DNA of 64,000 nucleotides from an uncultured Anaerolineales bacterium (GCA_937928795.1 CALFWB010000066.1:38-64037), one strand, 5' to 3'. Shown: positions 39,224-49,337, counted from the first letter of the stretch. Program-made: numbers and translations. The notes: generated from the letters alone by a model not told the origin.

Positions 39224-41424
39224 AGCAGGTGGTTCAAAACATGCGCACCGGTCAAACAGAGTTGATCGAAACCCCTGTACCGGCCTTAAGACCTGGCTTT
39301 GTTTTGGTCAAGACGCGTGCTTCGTTGGTTTCAGCCGGCACCGAGCGGATGTTAGTGGAATTTGGCAGCAAAAGCTTAATTGGAAAAGTGCGCTCTCGCC
39401 CGGACTTAGCCCGCCAAGTGCTGGAAAAAGCTCGTCAGGAAGGAGTGCTTACTACTCTGGAGATGGCTTTCAACCGCTTGGATCAGGTTATGCCCTTAGG
39501 ATATTCCTCAATGGGGAAAGTTGTTGCTGTTGGGGAAGGTGTGGATGGGATTGAAGTCGGTCAGCGGGTAGCCTGTGGCGGTGGAGGATACGCCGTACAC
39601 GCCGAATATGCGGTAGTGCCTAGGAACTTAGTGGTCCGGGTGCCAGCAACGATTGATGATGAGTCGGCGGCTTTTGCAACGGTTGGAGCAATCGGGATGC
39701 ATGCCTTTCGTCTGGCTAACGCGCAGGTTGGCGAGCGCATTGCTGTAATCGGGATGGGTCTGATCGGTTTTATGGCTGCTCTGGTCGCTCGGGCAGCCGG
39801 TTGTGGGGTGGCGGCTTTTGAGTTAAATTCTTGGCGGTTAGAGCTTGCCCAAGCATTGGGATTTGTTGCCATTCAGCCCGAACGAGCTCTCGAATTGACA
39901 CCAACCTTCACCGAGGGGCAGGGATTTGATGCCGTTATCATTGCAGCCGATACGCCTTCCTCTGAACCGGTCGAGTTGGCCGCTGCGATTGCTCGTTCGC
40001 GGGCAACGATTGTTGCAGCGGGTGCAGTGGGGGAAAATCTGCCTCGCAAGCCTTATTATGAGAAAGAACTCTTTTTCGTAAATTCGCGCTCGTATGGACC
40101 CGGACGCTACGACCCGCTTTACGAAGAGAATGGTATCGACTATCCGATTGACTATGTGCGTTGGACAGAGGGACGGAATTTAGCCGCCTTCCTCACTCTG
40201 ATTGAAAAGGGGCTCATCGATGTAAAGCCATTGATTACCCATCGCTTCCCAATTGACCAAGCTGAACAAGCCTATGCTTTGATTTCTGGGAAGAAAGAAG
40301 AACCGTTTCTAGCAGTTTTGTTCCATTATGCAGATCAAGCTTCTGAACCTACGCCTACGGTTCAATTTTCCCTGCCGCAAACACCGAGCCGGTCGAAGAG
40401 GTCGCACTTGCCGGTGCGCCTAGGGATCATCGGGGCAGGGAACTTTGCCTCGCTAGTGCTTTTGCCCATTCTCAAACGCACAAGCGGGGTAGAGTTGAGA
40501 GGAATTGCTTCCGCTGGGGGATTGTCTGCGCAGCATTTAGGGCAGAAATACAAGGTTCGTTATGCAACCAGTGACGTGGCTCAGATTTTATCGGACAATG
40601 AAATTGATGCGGTTGTCATCTTAACCCGTCATCATCTCCATGCACAACAAGCTGCTGCAGCGCTGCGCGCAGGAAAGCACGTCTTTTGTGAAAAACCACT
40701 TGCCATCAACGACTCCGACCTTACCCTTATCCGAGATGTTCTGCTTGAGATAGAGACGATAGGTTCCGCAAACGGGGCGAGTCCCTTGTTGATGGTTGGT
40801 TTTAATCGGCGCTTTGCGCCGTTCGTTCAAGCGCTGCAACAATTTCTTGAACCGAGAACTCAACCCGCTTATCTCCATTATCGGATCAACGCTGGCTATA
40901 TCCCACGTACCCATTGGGTGCATGATCCGCAGCAAGGTGGGGGACGTTTGATCGGCGAGGTGTGCCACTTCTTAGACACGATTGTCTATCTTCTCAACGA
41001 ACTGCCCATCAAGGTCTGGGCTAAGGGTTTGCCGGATCAAAATTGGTATCGGGAGGATAATTTGGTCCTCCAATTTACCTTTGCGGACGGTTCGATTGGA
41101 GTGATTACTTACCTCGCCAATGGGGATAAAGCTTTTCCGAAAGAGCGCATTGAAGCCTTTTGTGGGGGGAAGGTAGCTGTGCTGGATGACTTTCGGCGTT
41201 TGGAATTGGTCAAGGGCGGAAGTCGCCGGGTAGAGCGCAATTGGCTACGGCAGGATAAGGGCCATGCTGCTGAGATGCGCGCCTTCCTTCAGGCAATTTC
41301 AAAAACTGGGAGCCCACCGATCCCTTATCCGCAGCTCTTCGGGGTCACTCAAGCGATCTTAGCCGCTCAACAGGCCCTTCATTCGGGGAAAGAGGAAACC
41401 ATTTCCTATATGGACTTAGGATGA
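39220..41424 (+). CDS. Bi-domain oxidoreductase (Zn-ADH-like + Gfo/Idh/MocA), polysaccharide-associated
   Basis: SLVSAGTE, SRSYGPGRYDP, YVRWTEGRN, GAGNFA, HVFCEKP, VGFNRRF. Confidence 0.9.
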   Translation: MKQVVQNMRTGQTELIETPVPALRPGFVLVKTRASLVSAGTERMLVEFGSKSLIGKVRSRPDLARQVLEKARQEGVLTTLEMAFNRLDQVMPLGYSSMGKVVAVGEGVDGIEVGQRVACGGGGYAVHAEYAVVPRNLVVRVPATIDDESAAFATVGAIGMHAFRLANAQVGERIAVIGMGLIGFMAALVARAAGCGVAAFELNSWRLELAQALGFVAIQPERALELTPTFTEGQGFDAVIIAADTPSSEPVELAAAIARSRATIVAAGAVGENLPRKPYYEKELFFVNSRSYGPGRYDPLYEENGIDYPIDYVRWTEGRNLAAFLTLIEKGLIDVKPLITHRFPIDQAEQAYALISGKKEEPFLAVLFHYADQASEPTPTVQFSLPQTPSRSKRSHLPVRLGIIGAGNFASLVLLPILKRTSGVELRGIASAGGLSAQHLGQKYKVRYATSDVAQILSDNEIDAVVILTRHHLHAQQAAAALRAGKHVFCEKPLAINDSDLTLIRDVLLEIETIGSANGASPLLMVGFNRRFAPFVQALQQFLEPRTQPAYLHYRINAGYIPRTHWVHDPQQGGGRLIGEVCHFLDTIVYLLNELPIKVWAKGLPDQNWYREDNLVLQFTFADGSIGVITYLANGDKAFPKERIEAFCGGKVAVLDDFRRLELVKGGSRRVERNWLRQDKGHAAEMRAFLQAISKTGSPPIPYPQLFGVTQAILAAQQALHSGKEETISYMDLG

Positions 41425-43469
41425 CTTTCGCCAAGCGCCTTTGGCTAGCTTTTCGAGCTGCAAGAGAATTGGGGATTGCCCAAACTTGCCACTATGCTTG
41501 GTATCAATTGACTCTTCGCACTGGGCTTACGGAGCAAATGAGTCGCAAGGCGCTTGAACGGGCTTTGAACGGTGCACGGGGGGTAGGTTTTCAGCCGTTA
41601 TTTGAGTTACCTTCAGCGCATTCCCTTCGAGTTGTGCTTGGCGATCAAGTTGGAGCATTGCTTGACGAGGCAGAAGAGATTTGCGCCGGCAAGATGCGCG
41701 TGTTTGGTTCCCAAGTGATGGAATTAAGGGTTCCTCCAAAGAAAGCCGACCTTTGGTTCACGCAGATAGAACGCTCCCTAAACCGTTCCGAAAACGAGGA
41801 TTTTGACCTCAAAATGGTCTGGGAAGCGGCTCGTTTCGGCTGGGTTTACCCTTTGGCACGGGCATATCGGTTGCAATCGCAGGAACGCTATGCCGAGCGG
41901 TTTTGGGAGGAGATCGAGTCCTTTCTGGAAAACCATCCTCCGTACACTGGCTTCCAGTGGTTGTCGGCTCAGGAGGTGGCATTGCGTTTGATCGCTTGGA
42001 CGTTTGGCTTCCAAGTTTTTCGAGGCGCCTCTTCCAGTACGGAAAAACGCCAACAACGATTGCTTGAAGCCCTAGCTATCCACGCTGCGCGCATTCCCAG
42101 TACGGTGCATTATGCCTTTGCTCAAAACAACAATCATCTCCTTAGTGAAGCGGTTGGCTTAATGACGGCTGGCTGGGTGCTCGCAGAGCACCCTCTCGCT
42201 AGGAGTTGGTGGCAACAAGGCTGGAATTGGTTCGTGAGCGGGTTGCGGAGGCAGATTGCCGAAGATGGGACCTATGTTCAACACAGCACGAATTACCACC
42301 GTTTGATGCTCCAACTGGCGCTTTGGGCGCATCTTTTAGCCGTAGGCAGGGGAGAAGCATTCCCAGAGGAGATCACCAAACGCCTTGCCGAAGCGGCGAG
42401 ATGGCTCAAGGATTGTTGTGAACCACGCAACGGGTGTGTACCAAATCTGGGCCCCAATGATGGGGCTTATATCCAACCCCTAAGTCAGAGTCCCTTTGAG
42501 GATTTCCGCCCGGTTATCCAGTCTGCCTATCGAGCGTTTGTCGGTGAGGTGGCTTTTGGCGCAGGATGTTGGGATGAGATGAGCCTTTGGTACGGCGTTT
42601 GGCAGGGGGAGCCCTCCGCGTGGGAGGAATCTAGGAAAACCGCTGCGGCTGTTCAAAGCGAGCGTTTTTCGACTCGTCCGAATTCATGGGTTTTGCTTCA
42701 CTCACAGGATCGATCGACTTGGGCAGCCTTGCGTTGCCCGCGCTTTTTCTCCCGTCCCACCCACGCCGATCTTCTCCACGTTGATTTGTGGTGGGAAGGG
42801 ATAAATCTGGCATGCGATGCCGGCACCTATCGTTATACCGCTTTACCTCCTTGGGATAATTCTCTGTCGGAGGCGTTCTACCACAACACGATTACGATTA
42901 ACAGTTGCAACCCAATGACTCGAGCGGGAAAATTCCTTTGGTTGGATTGGGCAAAGACAAAGATTTTGGAATGGCGCATGGATAGCGTAAGAAATGAGGT
43001 CATGGTTGGAGCTGAGCATAACGGATACCGTTCGTTTGGCGTTCGCCTGCGCCGATGGCTTACCCTTCAGGATGATCATCGCTGGGTGATTCAAGATGAA
43101 CTGGAACCGAGCAGAGGAAAAGGGCAGCTATCTAGGCATTGGATAGGCTTGCATTGGTTAATCCATCCCTGTAATTGGCAGGTTTTTACAGAAGAAGAGG
43201 GTTGGCGATTGTTATTGCAGCTTGATGCACGGCAAATTTGTTTAAGGCTGCGCGCCCCAAGGCAATTCAGGTTGTGCATCGTCCAAGCTGGGAGGGTGGT
43301 GTTCGGTGAGGGCGAAGAAAGGATGGTTTACGGTTTCCGCTCGCCAAACTATAATTTGCTCCAACCAGCCCTTTCCGTTATCTTGGAGGGGCAGGCAACT
43401 TTGCCTACCACGCTCGAGACGATTTGGGATTTGCCAGTCAAATCTACATACCAAGACGAAAAGGCATGA
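41421..43469 (+). CDS. Heparinase II/III family protein
   Basis: KMVWEAARF, QEVALR, QNNNHLLSE, QHSTNYH, HADLLHVDLW, DAGTYRY. Confidence 0.88.
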   Translation: MTFAKRLWLAFRAARELGIAQTCHYAWYQLTLRTGLTEQMSRKALERALNGARGVGFQPLFELPSAHSLRVVLGDQVGALLDEAEEICAGKMRVFGSQVMELRVPPKKADLWFTQIERSLNRSENEDFDLKMVWEAARFGWVYPLARAYRLQSQERYAERFWEEIESFLENHPPYTGFQWLSAQEVALRLIAWTFGFQVFRGASSSTEKRQQRLLEALAIHAARIPSTVHYAFAQNNNHLLSEAVGLMTAGWVLAEHPLARSWWQQGWNWFVSGLRRQIAEDGTYVQHSTNYHRLMLQLALWAHLLAVGRGEAFPEEITKRLAEAARWLKDCCEPRNGCVPNLGPNDGAYIQPLSQSPFEDFRPVIQSAYRAFVGEVAFGAGCWDEMSLWYGVWQGEPSAWEESRKTAAAVQSERFSTRPNSWVLLHSQDRSTWAALRCPRFFSRPTHADLLHVDLWWEGINLACDAGTYRYTALPPWDNSLSEAFYHNTITINSCNPMTRAGKFLWLDWAKTKILEWRMDSVRNEVMVGAEHNGYRSFGVRLRRWLTLQDDHRWVIQDELEPSRGKGQLSRHWIGLHWLIHPCNWQVFTEEEGWRLLLQLDARQICLRLRAPRQFRLCIVQAGRVVFGEGEERMVYGFRSPNYNLLQPALSVILEGQATLPTTLETIWDLPVKSTYQDEKA

Positions 43470-44686
43470 AAATTCTCCTGATCCATCAAGCGTTTGCAGC
43501 GCTGGATGAGCCGGGCGGAACGCGTCACCATGAGCTGGCTCGCTTCTTTGCCGAACGCGGTCATGAAGTGGTAGTGATCACGAGCCCAATTAATTATATG
43601 ACCGGCGCTGCGCAATCGTCGGAAAAGGCCGAGCGCATGAAAATCGGGGCGGGGGAAGTCGTTATCCGCAGAGTGCCGGTTTATGGCGCCTTTCACCGCA
43701 GTTTTGTCCATCGCACGCTGAGTTTTATCAGCTTTATGTTCACCTCTCTTTGGTATGCCTTGCGCGTGAAGGAGGTAAGCGTTGTGTGGGGGACTTCTCC
43801 GCCCATCTTTCAGGTGATTACGGCTTGGTTGGTGGCGAAATTGAAACGCAATCCGCTCTTGTTGGAAGTGCGCGACCTCTGGCCAGCGTTTGCGATCCAA
43901 GTTGGGGTCTTGAAAAATCCCATCTTGATTGCTGCGTCCGAATGGCTGGAGCGGTTTCTGCTTCGTCAAGCCGACCTCGTAGTGGTCAATTCGCCCGGTT
44001 TTACAGCGCACGTTCGCGAACGAGGGGCAAAACGGGTCGAGGTCGTTCCTAATGGTTCGGACCCTAGTTTATTTGCTTCAAATGACAATAGCAATGAATT
44101 TCGGCGCAAACATGGCTTAGAAGATAAGTTTGTCGTTTTGTATGCTGGGGCGCACGGTTTGTCGAACGATTTGGATCAAGTTTTGGCGGCAGCAGAAGAG
44201 CTGCGCTTAATTCCTGAAATTGCTTTTGTGTTGGTTGGCGATGGCAAAGAAAAGCCTCGCTTGCAGCAAGAGGCGCTCCGAAGGGATCTAACGAATGTGC
44301 AATTTCTGCCGCCGGTGGCAAAAACCGAGATGGCAACCGTGTTGGGAGCGGCTGATGTTTGTCTGGCGATTTTGAAGCCGATCCCGCTTTATGGAACAGT
44401 TTTTCCAAACAAGGTGTTTGATTATATGGCAGCCGGTAAAGCGGTGTTGTTGGCTATTCCGGGTGTTATCCAAGAGGTCGTTGAGAAAAATCAAGCTGGC
44501 ATGGCTGTTCCGCCTGGCGATCCTCATGCATTGGCACAAGCTGTGCTATCTTTATGCCAAGATCGAGCGCTTGTCGCCGAAATGGGGAAAAACGGGCGCA
44601 AAGCGATTGAGGATCGTTTTCATCGTCAAAAGTTAGCTGCGGACTTTCTGGCTCTATTTGAAGAGTTAGGGTCGAGACAGGGTTAG
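43466..44686 (+). CDS. Glycosyltransferase family 4 (WbuB-like)
   Basis: GGTRHHEL, TSPPIF, EVRDLWP, PNKVFDYMAAGK. Confidence 0.92.
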   Translation: MKILLIHQAFAALDEPGGTRHHELARFFAERGHEVVVITSPINYMTGAAQSSEKAERMKIGAGEVVIRRVPVYGAFHRSFVHRTLSFISFMFTSLWYALRVKEVSVVWGTSPPIFQVITAWLVAKLKRNPLLLEVRDLWPAFAIQVGVLKNPILIAASEWLERFLLRQADLVVVNSPGFTAHVRERGAKRVEVVPNGSDPSLFASNDNSNEFRRKHGLEDKFVVLYAGAHGLSNDLDQVLAAAEELRLIPEIAFVLVGDGKEKPRLQQEALRRDLTNVQFLPPVAKTEMATVLGAADVCLAILKPIPLYGTVFPNKVFDYMAAGKAVLLAIPGVIQEVVEKNQAGMAVPPGDPHALAQAVLSLCQDRALVAEMGKNGRKAIEDRFHRQKLAADFLALFEELGSRQG

Positions 44687-45630
44687 TTTCGCTGGGCAAT
44701 CCTCTCACTTAGATAGACCGGGGTGTTCCAATGGCGGTATTTGGGCAAGCAGCCGCGGATGGCTTTCTCAAAAGCCTCTCGTAACGCAGCGGTGATTGGG
44801 CCCATAACACCTGATCCGACCGGGCGATGATCAATGCGGGTGACGGCAACGATTTGGGCTGCCGATCCGGTTAGGAACAGTTCGTCACATAGGTAAACCT
44901 CAGTGCGGTCGATCGGGCGTTCCTGGGTGATCACGCCGAGTTCACCTTGGGCTAATTCGATCACGGCACGCCGCGTGATGCCTTCGAGAATGTTTTCTGT
45001 GATTGGGGGTGTGATGAGCGTGCCATCCTTGACCATAAAAACGTTCATTGCGCTTCCTTCGGAGACATGGCCCTCTTGGGTTAGCACAAGCGCTTCATCG
45101 TAGCCTGCTAGCACCGCATCGGTTTTAATGAAGGCTGAGTTGATATAAGCGCCGCTGATCTTGCCTCGAGCTGGGATGGCATTATCATCAATGCGCCGCC
45201 AGGCCGAGAAGGTGACATGGGCGTTAGTGTCGTTTTTAAGATACCTTTCAAAGGGAAGGGCAACAATGGCGAGTTCATCACGTAAATCGTGTAATCGCAC
45301 TCCGATCACTTCATCTGCCTTGTAGGCAATGGGGCGAATGTAAATATCTTGGCGATAATTATCTTGGCGAATCAAGTCGACCGTTACTTGAGTTAAGCTT
45401 TCGGGGGTATGATTAAGCTCCATGCGGAGCAATTTAGCTGAGTTCAAGAAGCGGCGATAGTGATCGATGGGGCGAAAAAGATACAGCTCCTCTTTCTCGG
45501 CGTTCCAATAGGCGCGTAAGCCGCCAAAAACGGCTGTGCCGTAGTTAAAGCCATGCGTCAACACGCTAATTTTTGCTTCTGCATAAGGGACAATTTTGCC
45601 TTGAAAGTAGGCATGGGGAGGAATAGACAT
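44683..45630 (-). CDS. ilvE: Branched-chain amino acid aminotransferase
   Basis: HGFNYGTAVFGGLRAY, GKISGAYINS, EGSAMN, ILEGITR. Confidence 0.93.
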   Translation of the reverse strand: MSIPPHAYFQGKIVPYAEAKISVLTHGFNYGTAVFGGLRAYWNAEKEELYLFRPIDHYRRFLNSAKLLRMELNHTPESLTQVTVDLIRQDNYRQDIYIRPIAYKADEVIGVRLHDLRDELAIVALPFERYLKNDTNAHVTFSAWRRIDDNAIPARGKISGAYINSAFIKTDAVLAGYDEALVLTQEGHVSEGSAMNVFMVKDGTLITPPITENILEGITRRAVIELAQGELGVITQERPIDRTEVYLCDELFLTGSAAQIVAVTRIDHRPVGSGVMGPITAALREAFEKAIRGCLPKYRHWNTPVYLSERIAQRN

Positions 45631-45728
45631 GGGCATTTTCTCCTACACCAAATTGTACAAAACAGGGTGGATTTTCTATGATTATACTCCGAAGCGATGA
45701 TTTTTTTGCCTGCCTCTAGGGTTCATCT

Positions 45729-45971
45729 AGGGTTTTCCAATCATCTAATCTCTTTTGCCTTCTTCTTGCGTCTTTGGTGTGCTTGAACGGTTCCCTCACT
45801 CCTCTCCCAGAGGGAGAGGGGAGACCCTAGCGCCGCACTGAGCCTGACGAAGTGCTGGTAGGTTGAGCTTGTCGAAGGGCGCTGTCCTGAGCTTGTCGAA
45901 GGGCGCTGTCCTGAGCTTGTCGAAGGGATGAGGGCACAAGGTTTGATCCTAATAAGTTTTTGAAAAGCCCT
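45729..45971. mobile_element. Composite miniature element (family B) carrying REP-like modules
   Basis: Imperfect terminal IRs AGGGTTTTCCAA / TTGAAAAGCCCT. Internal CCCTCACTCCTCTCCCAGAGGGAGAGGGG hairpin and 24-bp tandem repeats. Confidence 0.65.
45864..45927. repeat. 2.7 tandem copies of TGAGCTTGTCGAAGGGCGCTGTCC
   Basis: Units start at 45864, 45888 and 45912; a degenerate CTGAGCCTGACGAAG lies at 45838. Confidence 0.9.
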
Positions 45972-46073
45972 GCCTTGAGACAAATCTGTCTATTCAAAGT
46001 GGTAACGTTGGAGTATGATTGGGGTTGTTTTCTATGGGAATCAACTGGAGGAGGATGATTGGAGGCGGATAAG

Positions 46074-46973
46074 ATGAAACGCGCAGTGAGCATTAGTATC
46101 GGCTCATCAAAACGAGATAAGAGCGTAGAAGTGCAACTTTTGGGGGAAACTGTGCTAATCGAGCGCATTGGTACCGATGGGGATATGGAGAAAGCGGCGC
46201 GGCTCTATCAAGAGTTAGATGGAAAAGTAGATGCCTTTGGCGTGGGTGGGGCAGATTTAGGCGTCATGGTGGATCGGAAGTGGTATCCCTTGTATTCTGT
46301 GCAGCCGATGGTGCGCTTTGTCCAGAAAACCCCATTGGTTGATGGAGCTGGATTGAAAAATTCCCTAGAATACCGCCTAGCGCCTTTTATTAATGAGAAA
46401 ATTGGGGAGTACGTGAAGGAGCGCAAGGCTTTTATTACTGTCGGCGTTGATCGTTGGGGCATGGCTTGCTCCTTTGCTGAGCATGGATATGAATGTGTAT
46501 TTGGCGATATGATGTTCGCTTTGGGGTTGCCCATTCCGATTCGGAAGACGTCAACGCTCAAAGTTTTAGCCGCGATTCTGATGCCAATTGCCGGTCGCTT
46601 TCCGTTTGAATGGCTCTATCCAACCGGTGAAAAACAAGAACAGCGCATCCCCAAGTGGGAAAAATATTATCAGTGGGCGACCGTGATCGCCGGCGATTGT
46701 CATTACGTCAAACGGCACATGCCTGAGCGGTTAGATGGAAAAGTGATTGCGACAAACACAACCACAACCTCTGATGTGGAGTTGTTCCGTCAGGCAGGTG
46801 TGAAATATCTGATAACCTCAACCCCGGTTTTGGACGGGCGTTCTTTTGGGACGAACATGATGGAGGCCGCCCTCATCGCAGCCAGTGGGAAGGGGCGTAA
46901 ATTGACTGTTGAGGAGTTAAACGAACTATTAGATCAGATTGGTCTGCAACCCCAACTTCAGGAGTTAAATTGA
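46074..46973 (+). CDS. Uncharacterised conserved protein, commonly labelled 'quinate 5-dehydrogenase'
   Basis: MKRAVSISIGSSKRD, ERIGTDGD, LDGKVDAFGVGG, GRSFGTNMMEA recalled for this family. The function implied by the label is doubtful. Confidence 0.7.
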   Translation: MKRAVSISIGSSKRDKSVEVQLLGETVLIERIGTDGDMEKAARLYQELDGKVDAFGVGGADLGVMVDRKWYPLYSVQPMVRFVQKTPLVDGAGLKNSLEYRLAPFINEKIGEYVKERKAFITVGVDRWGMACSFAEHGYECVFGDMMFALGLPIPIRKTSTLKVLAAILMPIAGRFPFEWLYPTGEKQEQRIPKWEKYYQWATVIAGDCHYVKRHMPERLDGKVIATNTTTTSDVELFRQAGVKYLITSTPVLDGRSFGTNMMEAALIAASGKGRKLTVEELNELLDQIGLQPQLQELN

Positions 46974-47764
46974 TGCTTCCTGCCATAGTCACTGCTGGTG
47001 GAATTCCTCAAGCAGGGGAACCCCTTTACCCATTGTCCCAGGGAAGGGCAAAAGCTTTACTACCTATTGCTGGCAAACCGATGATTCGATGGGTACTGGA
47101 GGCGTTGCAAGAGGCAGAGCAAATTAGCCGAGTCATTGTTGTAGGGGCGCTGCTGCCAGAAGAGATGCGAACAAGCAAAGTCCAGGCAACTATTCCCAAT
47201 CAGGGAGATATGCTGTCGAATATCCTTGCGGGAATGCAGAAGGTTTTGGAGTTGGAACCAAAGGCGCATCACGTGGTCTTGGTATCATCGGATATTCCAG
47301 CGATCACAGGGAAGATTGTCGATTGGTTGGTGCAGACAACCATGCAAACTGATGAAGATGTTTATTACACGGTGATTGAGCGGCGGGTGATGGAAGCCAA
47401 ATACCCCCAATCGCGGCGTTCGTACACTCGCCTGAAGGATATCGAGGTCTGCGGTGGTGATATGAATGTTGTGCGGGCAACCCTGGCAGCGGAAAATCAA
47501 GAAATGTGGAAGAAAATTATTGCCGCCCGCAAAAATGTGTTCAAGCAGGCTGCTCTGATCGGTTTCGATACCTTGATCTTGCTTCTTCTCCGTCAGATCA
47601 CCTTAGATAAAGCCGTTCGCACGGTGGCTGCGCGCATGAAGATCAGCGGGAGAGCAATCCTCTGTCCTTATGCAGAGCTGGGCATGGATATCGACAAGCC
47701 GCATCAATTTGAAATTGTTGAGGCAGATTTGCTTCGGCGTCTGGAGGAAATGAAAACAGCATGA
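46973..47764 (+). CDS. MobA-like NTP-transferase family protein
   Basis: AIVTAGG…KALLPIAGKPMI, SSDIP, ELGMDIDKP. Confidence 0.85.
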   Translation: MLPAIVTAGGIPQAGEPLYPLSQGRAKALLPIAGKPMIRWVLEALQEAEQISRVIVVGALLPEEMRTSKVQATIPNQGDMLSNILAGMQKVLELEPKAHHVVLVSSDIPAITGKIVDWLVQTTMQTDEDVYYTVIERRVMEAKYPQSRRSYTRLKDIEVCGGDMNVVRATLAAENQEMWKKIIAARKNVFKQAALIGFDTLILLLLRQITLDKAVRTVAARMKISGRAILCPYAELGMDIDKPHQFEIVEADLLRRLEEMKTA

Positions 47765-48267
47765 ACCAATGGATGGAATGGGATGCGCAATTTAGCGGCA
47801 AACTGCGCATAGACAATCATTCTGCTTGGTTGAAGAACGTTGCAGCGCTTTTGGCTCATTCGGGAGATTCTTGGTTTTGGTTGATCGGTTTGCTCTTGGT
47901 GAGCATCTTCTTCCCTGCTTTAAGACAAGTTGCTGTTCTATACGCTGCCTCGATTTTGATTTTGGCAATCTTGGTCTTAGGCATCAAATTCTCGATTAAG
48001 AGGCAAAGACCATCGGGTGAGTGGGGAGGGATTTATCGGCGCACCGATCCGCATTCCTTCCCCTCTGGACATGCGGCGCGCGCAACTTTATTGGCGATTT
48101 TAGGGTTAGGGCTAGGGCCACCGTTGTGGGGGATTGGCTTGCTAATTTGGGCGCCGCTGGTCAGTCTTTCTCGGGTATGTTTAGGACTTCACTATTTGTC
48201 AGACGTTCTGGCTGGGGCAATCTTAGGAGCTTGTGTTGGCTTAATATGCCTAAGGATATTTGCTTAG
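47761..48267 (+). CDS. PAP2-family membrane phosphatase
   Basis: KFSIKRQRP, SFPSGH, SRVCLGLHYLSDV. Confidence 0.92.
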   Translation: MNQWMEWDAQFSGKLRIDNHSAWLKNVAALLAHSGDSWFWLIGLLLVSIFFPALRQVAVLYAASILILAILVLGIKFSIKRQRPSGEWGGIYRRTDPHSFPSGHAARATLLAILGLGLGPPLWGIGLLIWAPLVSLSRVCLGLHYLSDVLAGAILGACVGLICLRIFA

Positions 48268-49337
48268 GGCAGCGAGAGTGGTCGTTTTCCTAATTCGGCT
48301 TTGAAGTTTTCCAATACATCGATCGGCGTAGGATCAATCCCATAAGCCATGGCAAGGTAATAGGCAATATAATCCCCTAACAGGAGGCTGGTCCACAAGT
48401 GGGCAAGGAGCGTATCCCCTTCGGCGTCGAGAAAATCGGTGCCTAATCCTTGTAACATAAACTCCTGCTTGGTCATTTCCAAACGTTGTTGATGACGGGG
48501 GTGGAGGAAGCGAGAACGGAGAAATAGGGCAACAATTTGGGTCATCAACTTTTCAGGGTTTTGGGTACCTGTTAGGGTATTGTGGTTTGCTTCTGGGATC
48601 TCCTCAAACTGCGCCCAGGCTTTAGCTAGTTCGTTGATTTGCGTTTTCCAACGACGGGCAACCGGGACAAGAAATCCAGCTCCGTAAACCGTAATCCATC
48701 TTCCAATTAATTGCCCAGCCATCCGTTTGGCAAGATTCTGCACGGTAGGGACTTGTGGGGCTAGCTTTTTCTGCAGTTCAGACAGTGCCTGAATGGCGCT
48801 TTGGAGCTCTGCAGTTGGATCGGGAATCGCATTGAGGCGATATAGAAGAGCTAGCATTAGGCTAAAAGAGTAACCGACCGCCGCGCGCGGCTGCCCTTTA
48901 TACTCATATTTCCAAAGCGGAAAATTCATCTCGGCGGCAAGTTTGGCTAGTTTACCTCCTGTTGAAATCCCGATCAGAGAACAATTTCGTTTTTGCGCTA
49001 ATTGCAAGGCATATAGGACTTCTTCGGTGTTCCCCGAATGAGAGGAACCGACCACGAGAAATGAAGGACCGCTTGCCCAAGCCGGAATCTCGTAATCTCG
49101 AATGAGGCTAAAGGGGATGGATAATTGATGCAGCACAGAGTGGCTGACCAGATCGGCGCCGATCGCCGATCCACCGACACCTACAACAAGAATATGTTTC
49201 GGTGAATGGATTTCGCCTAACTCTTGAGTCATCCCAAGTTGCCAGCCTTTTTGTAATTGTTCGCCCAGGTGCTGAAGATGCCACAGCATGTCGTGGCGGT
49301 CATAACGAGGGTAAATGGTTAAGTCATCCAAGATCAT
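48264..49337 (-). CDS. Bifunctional phosphoglucose/phosphomannose isomerase
   Basis: GVGGSAIGAD, SHSGNTEE, QPRAA, RWKTQINE, PEANHN. Confidence 0.9.
   Translation of the reverse strand: MILDDLTIYPRYDRHDMLWHLQHLGEQLQKGWQLGMTQELGEIHSPKHILVVGVGGSAIGADLVSHSVLHQLSIPFSLIRDYEIPAWASGPSFLVVGSSHSGNTEEVLYALQLAQKRNCSLIGISTGGKLAKLAAEMNFPLWKYEYKGQPRAAVGYSFSLMLALLYRLNAIPDPTAELQSAIQALSELQKKLAPQVPTVQNLAKRMAGQLIGRWITVYGAGFLVPVARRWKTQINELAKAWAQFEEIPEANHNTLTGTQNPEKLMTQIVALFLRSRFLHPRHQQRLEMTKQEFMLQGLGTDFLDAEGDTLLAHLWTSLLLGDYIAYYLAMAYGIDPTPIDVLENFKAELGKRPLSLP

Noticed and set aside
45864-45927. CRISPR array
   Set aside because: The repeats are directly tandem with identical 8-nt linkers, there are no unique spacers, and no cas genes are present.
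45741-46168. Minus-strand ORFs with PSTSSGQR / LRQAQD repeats
   Set aside because: They are translations of the non-coding tandem repeat inside the miniature element.
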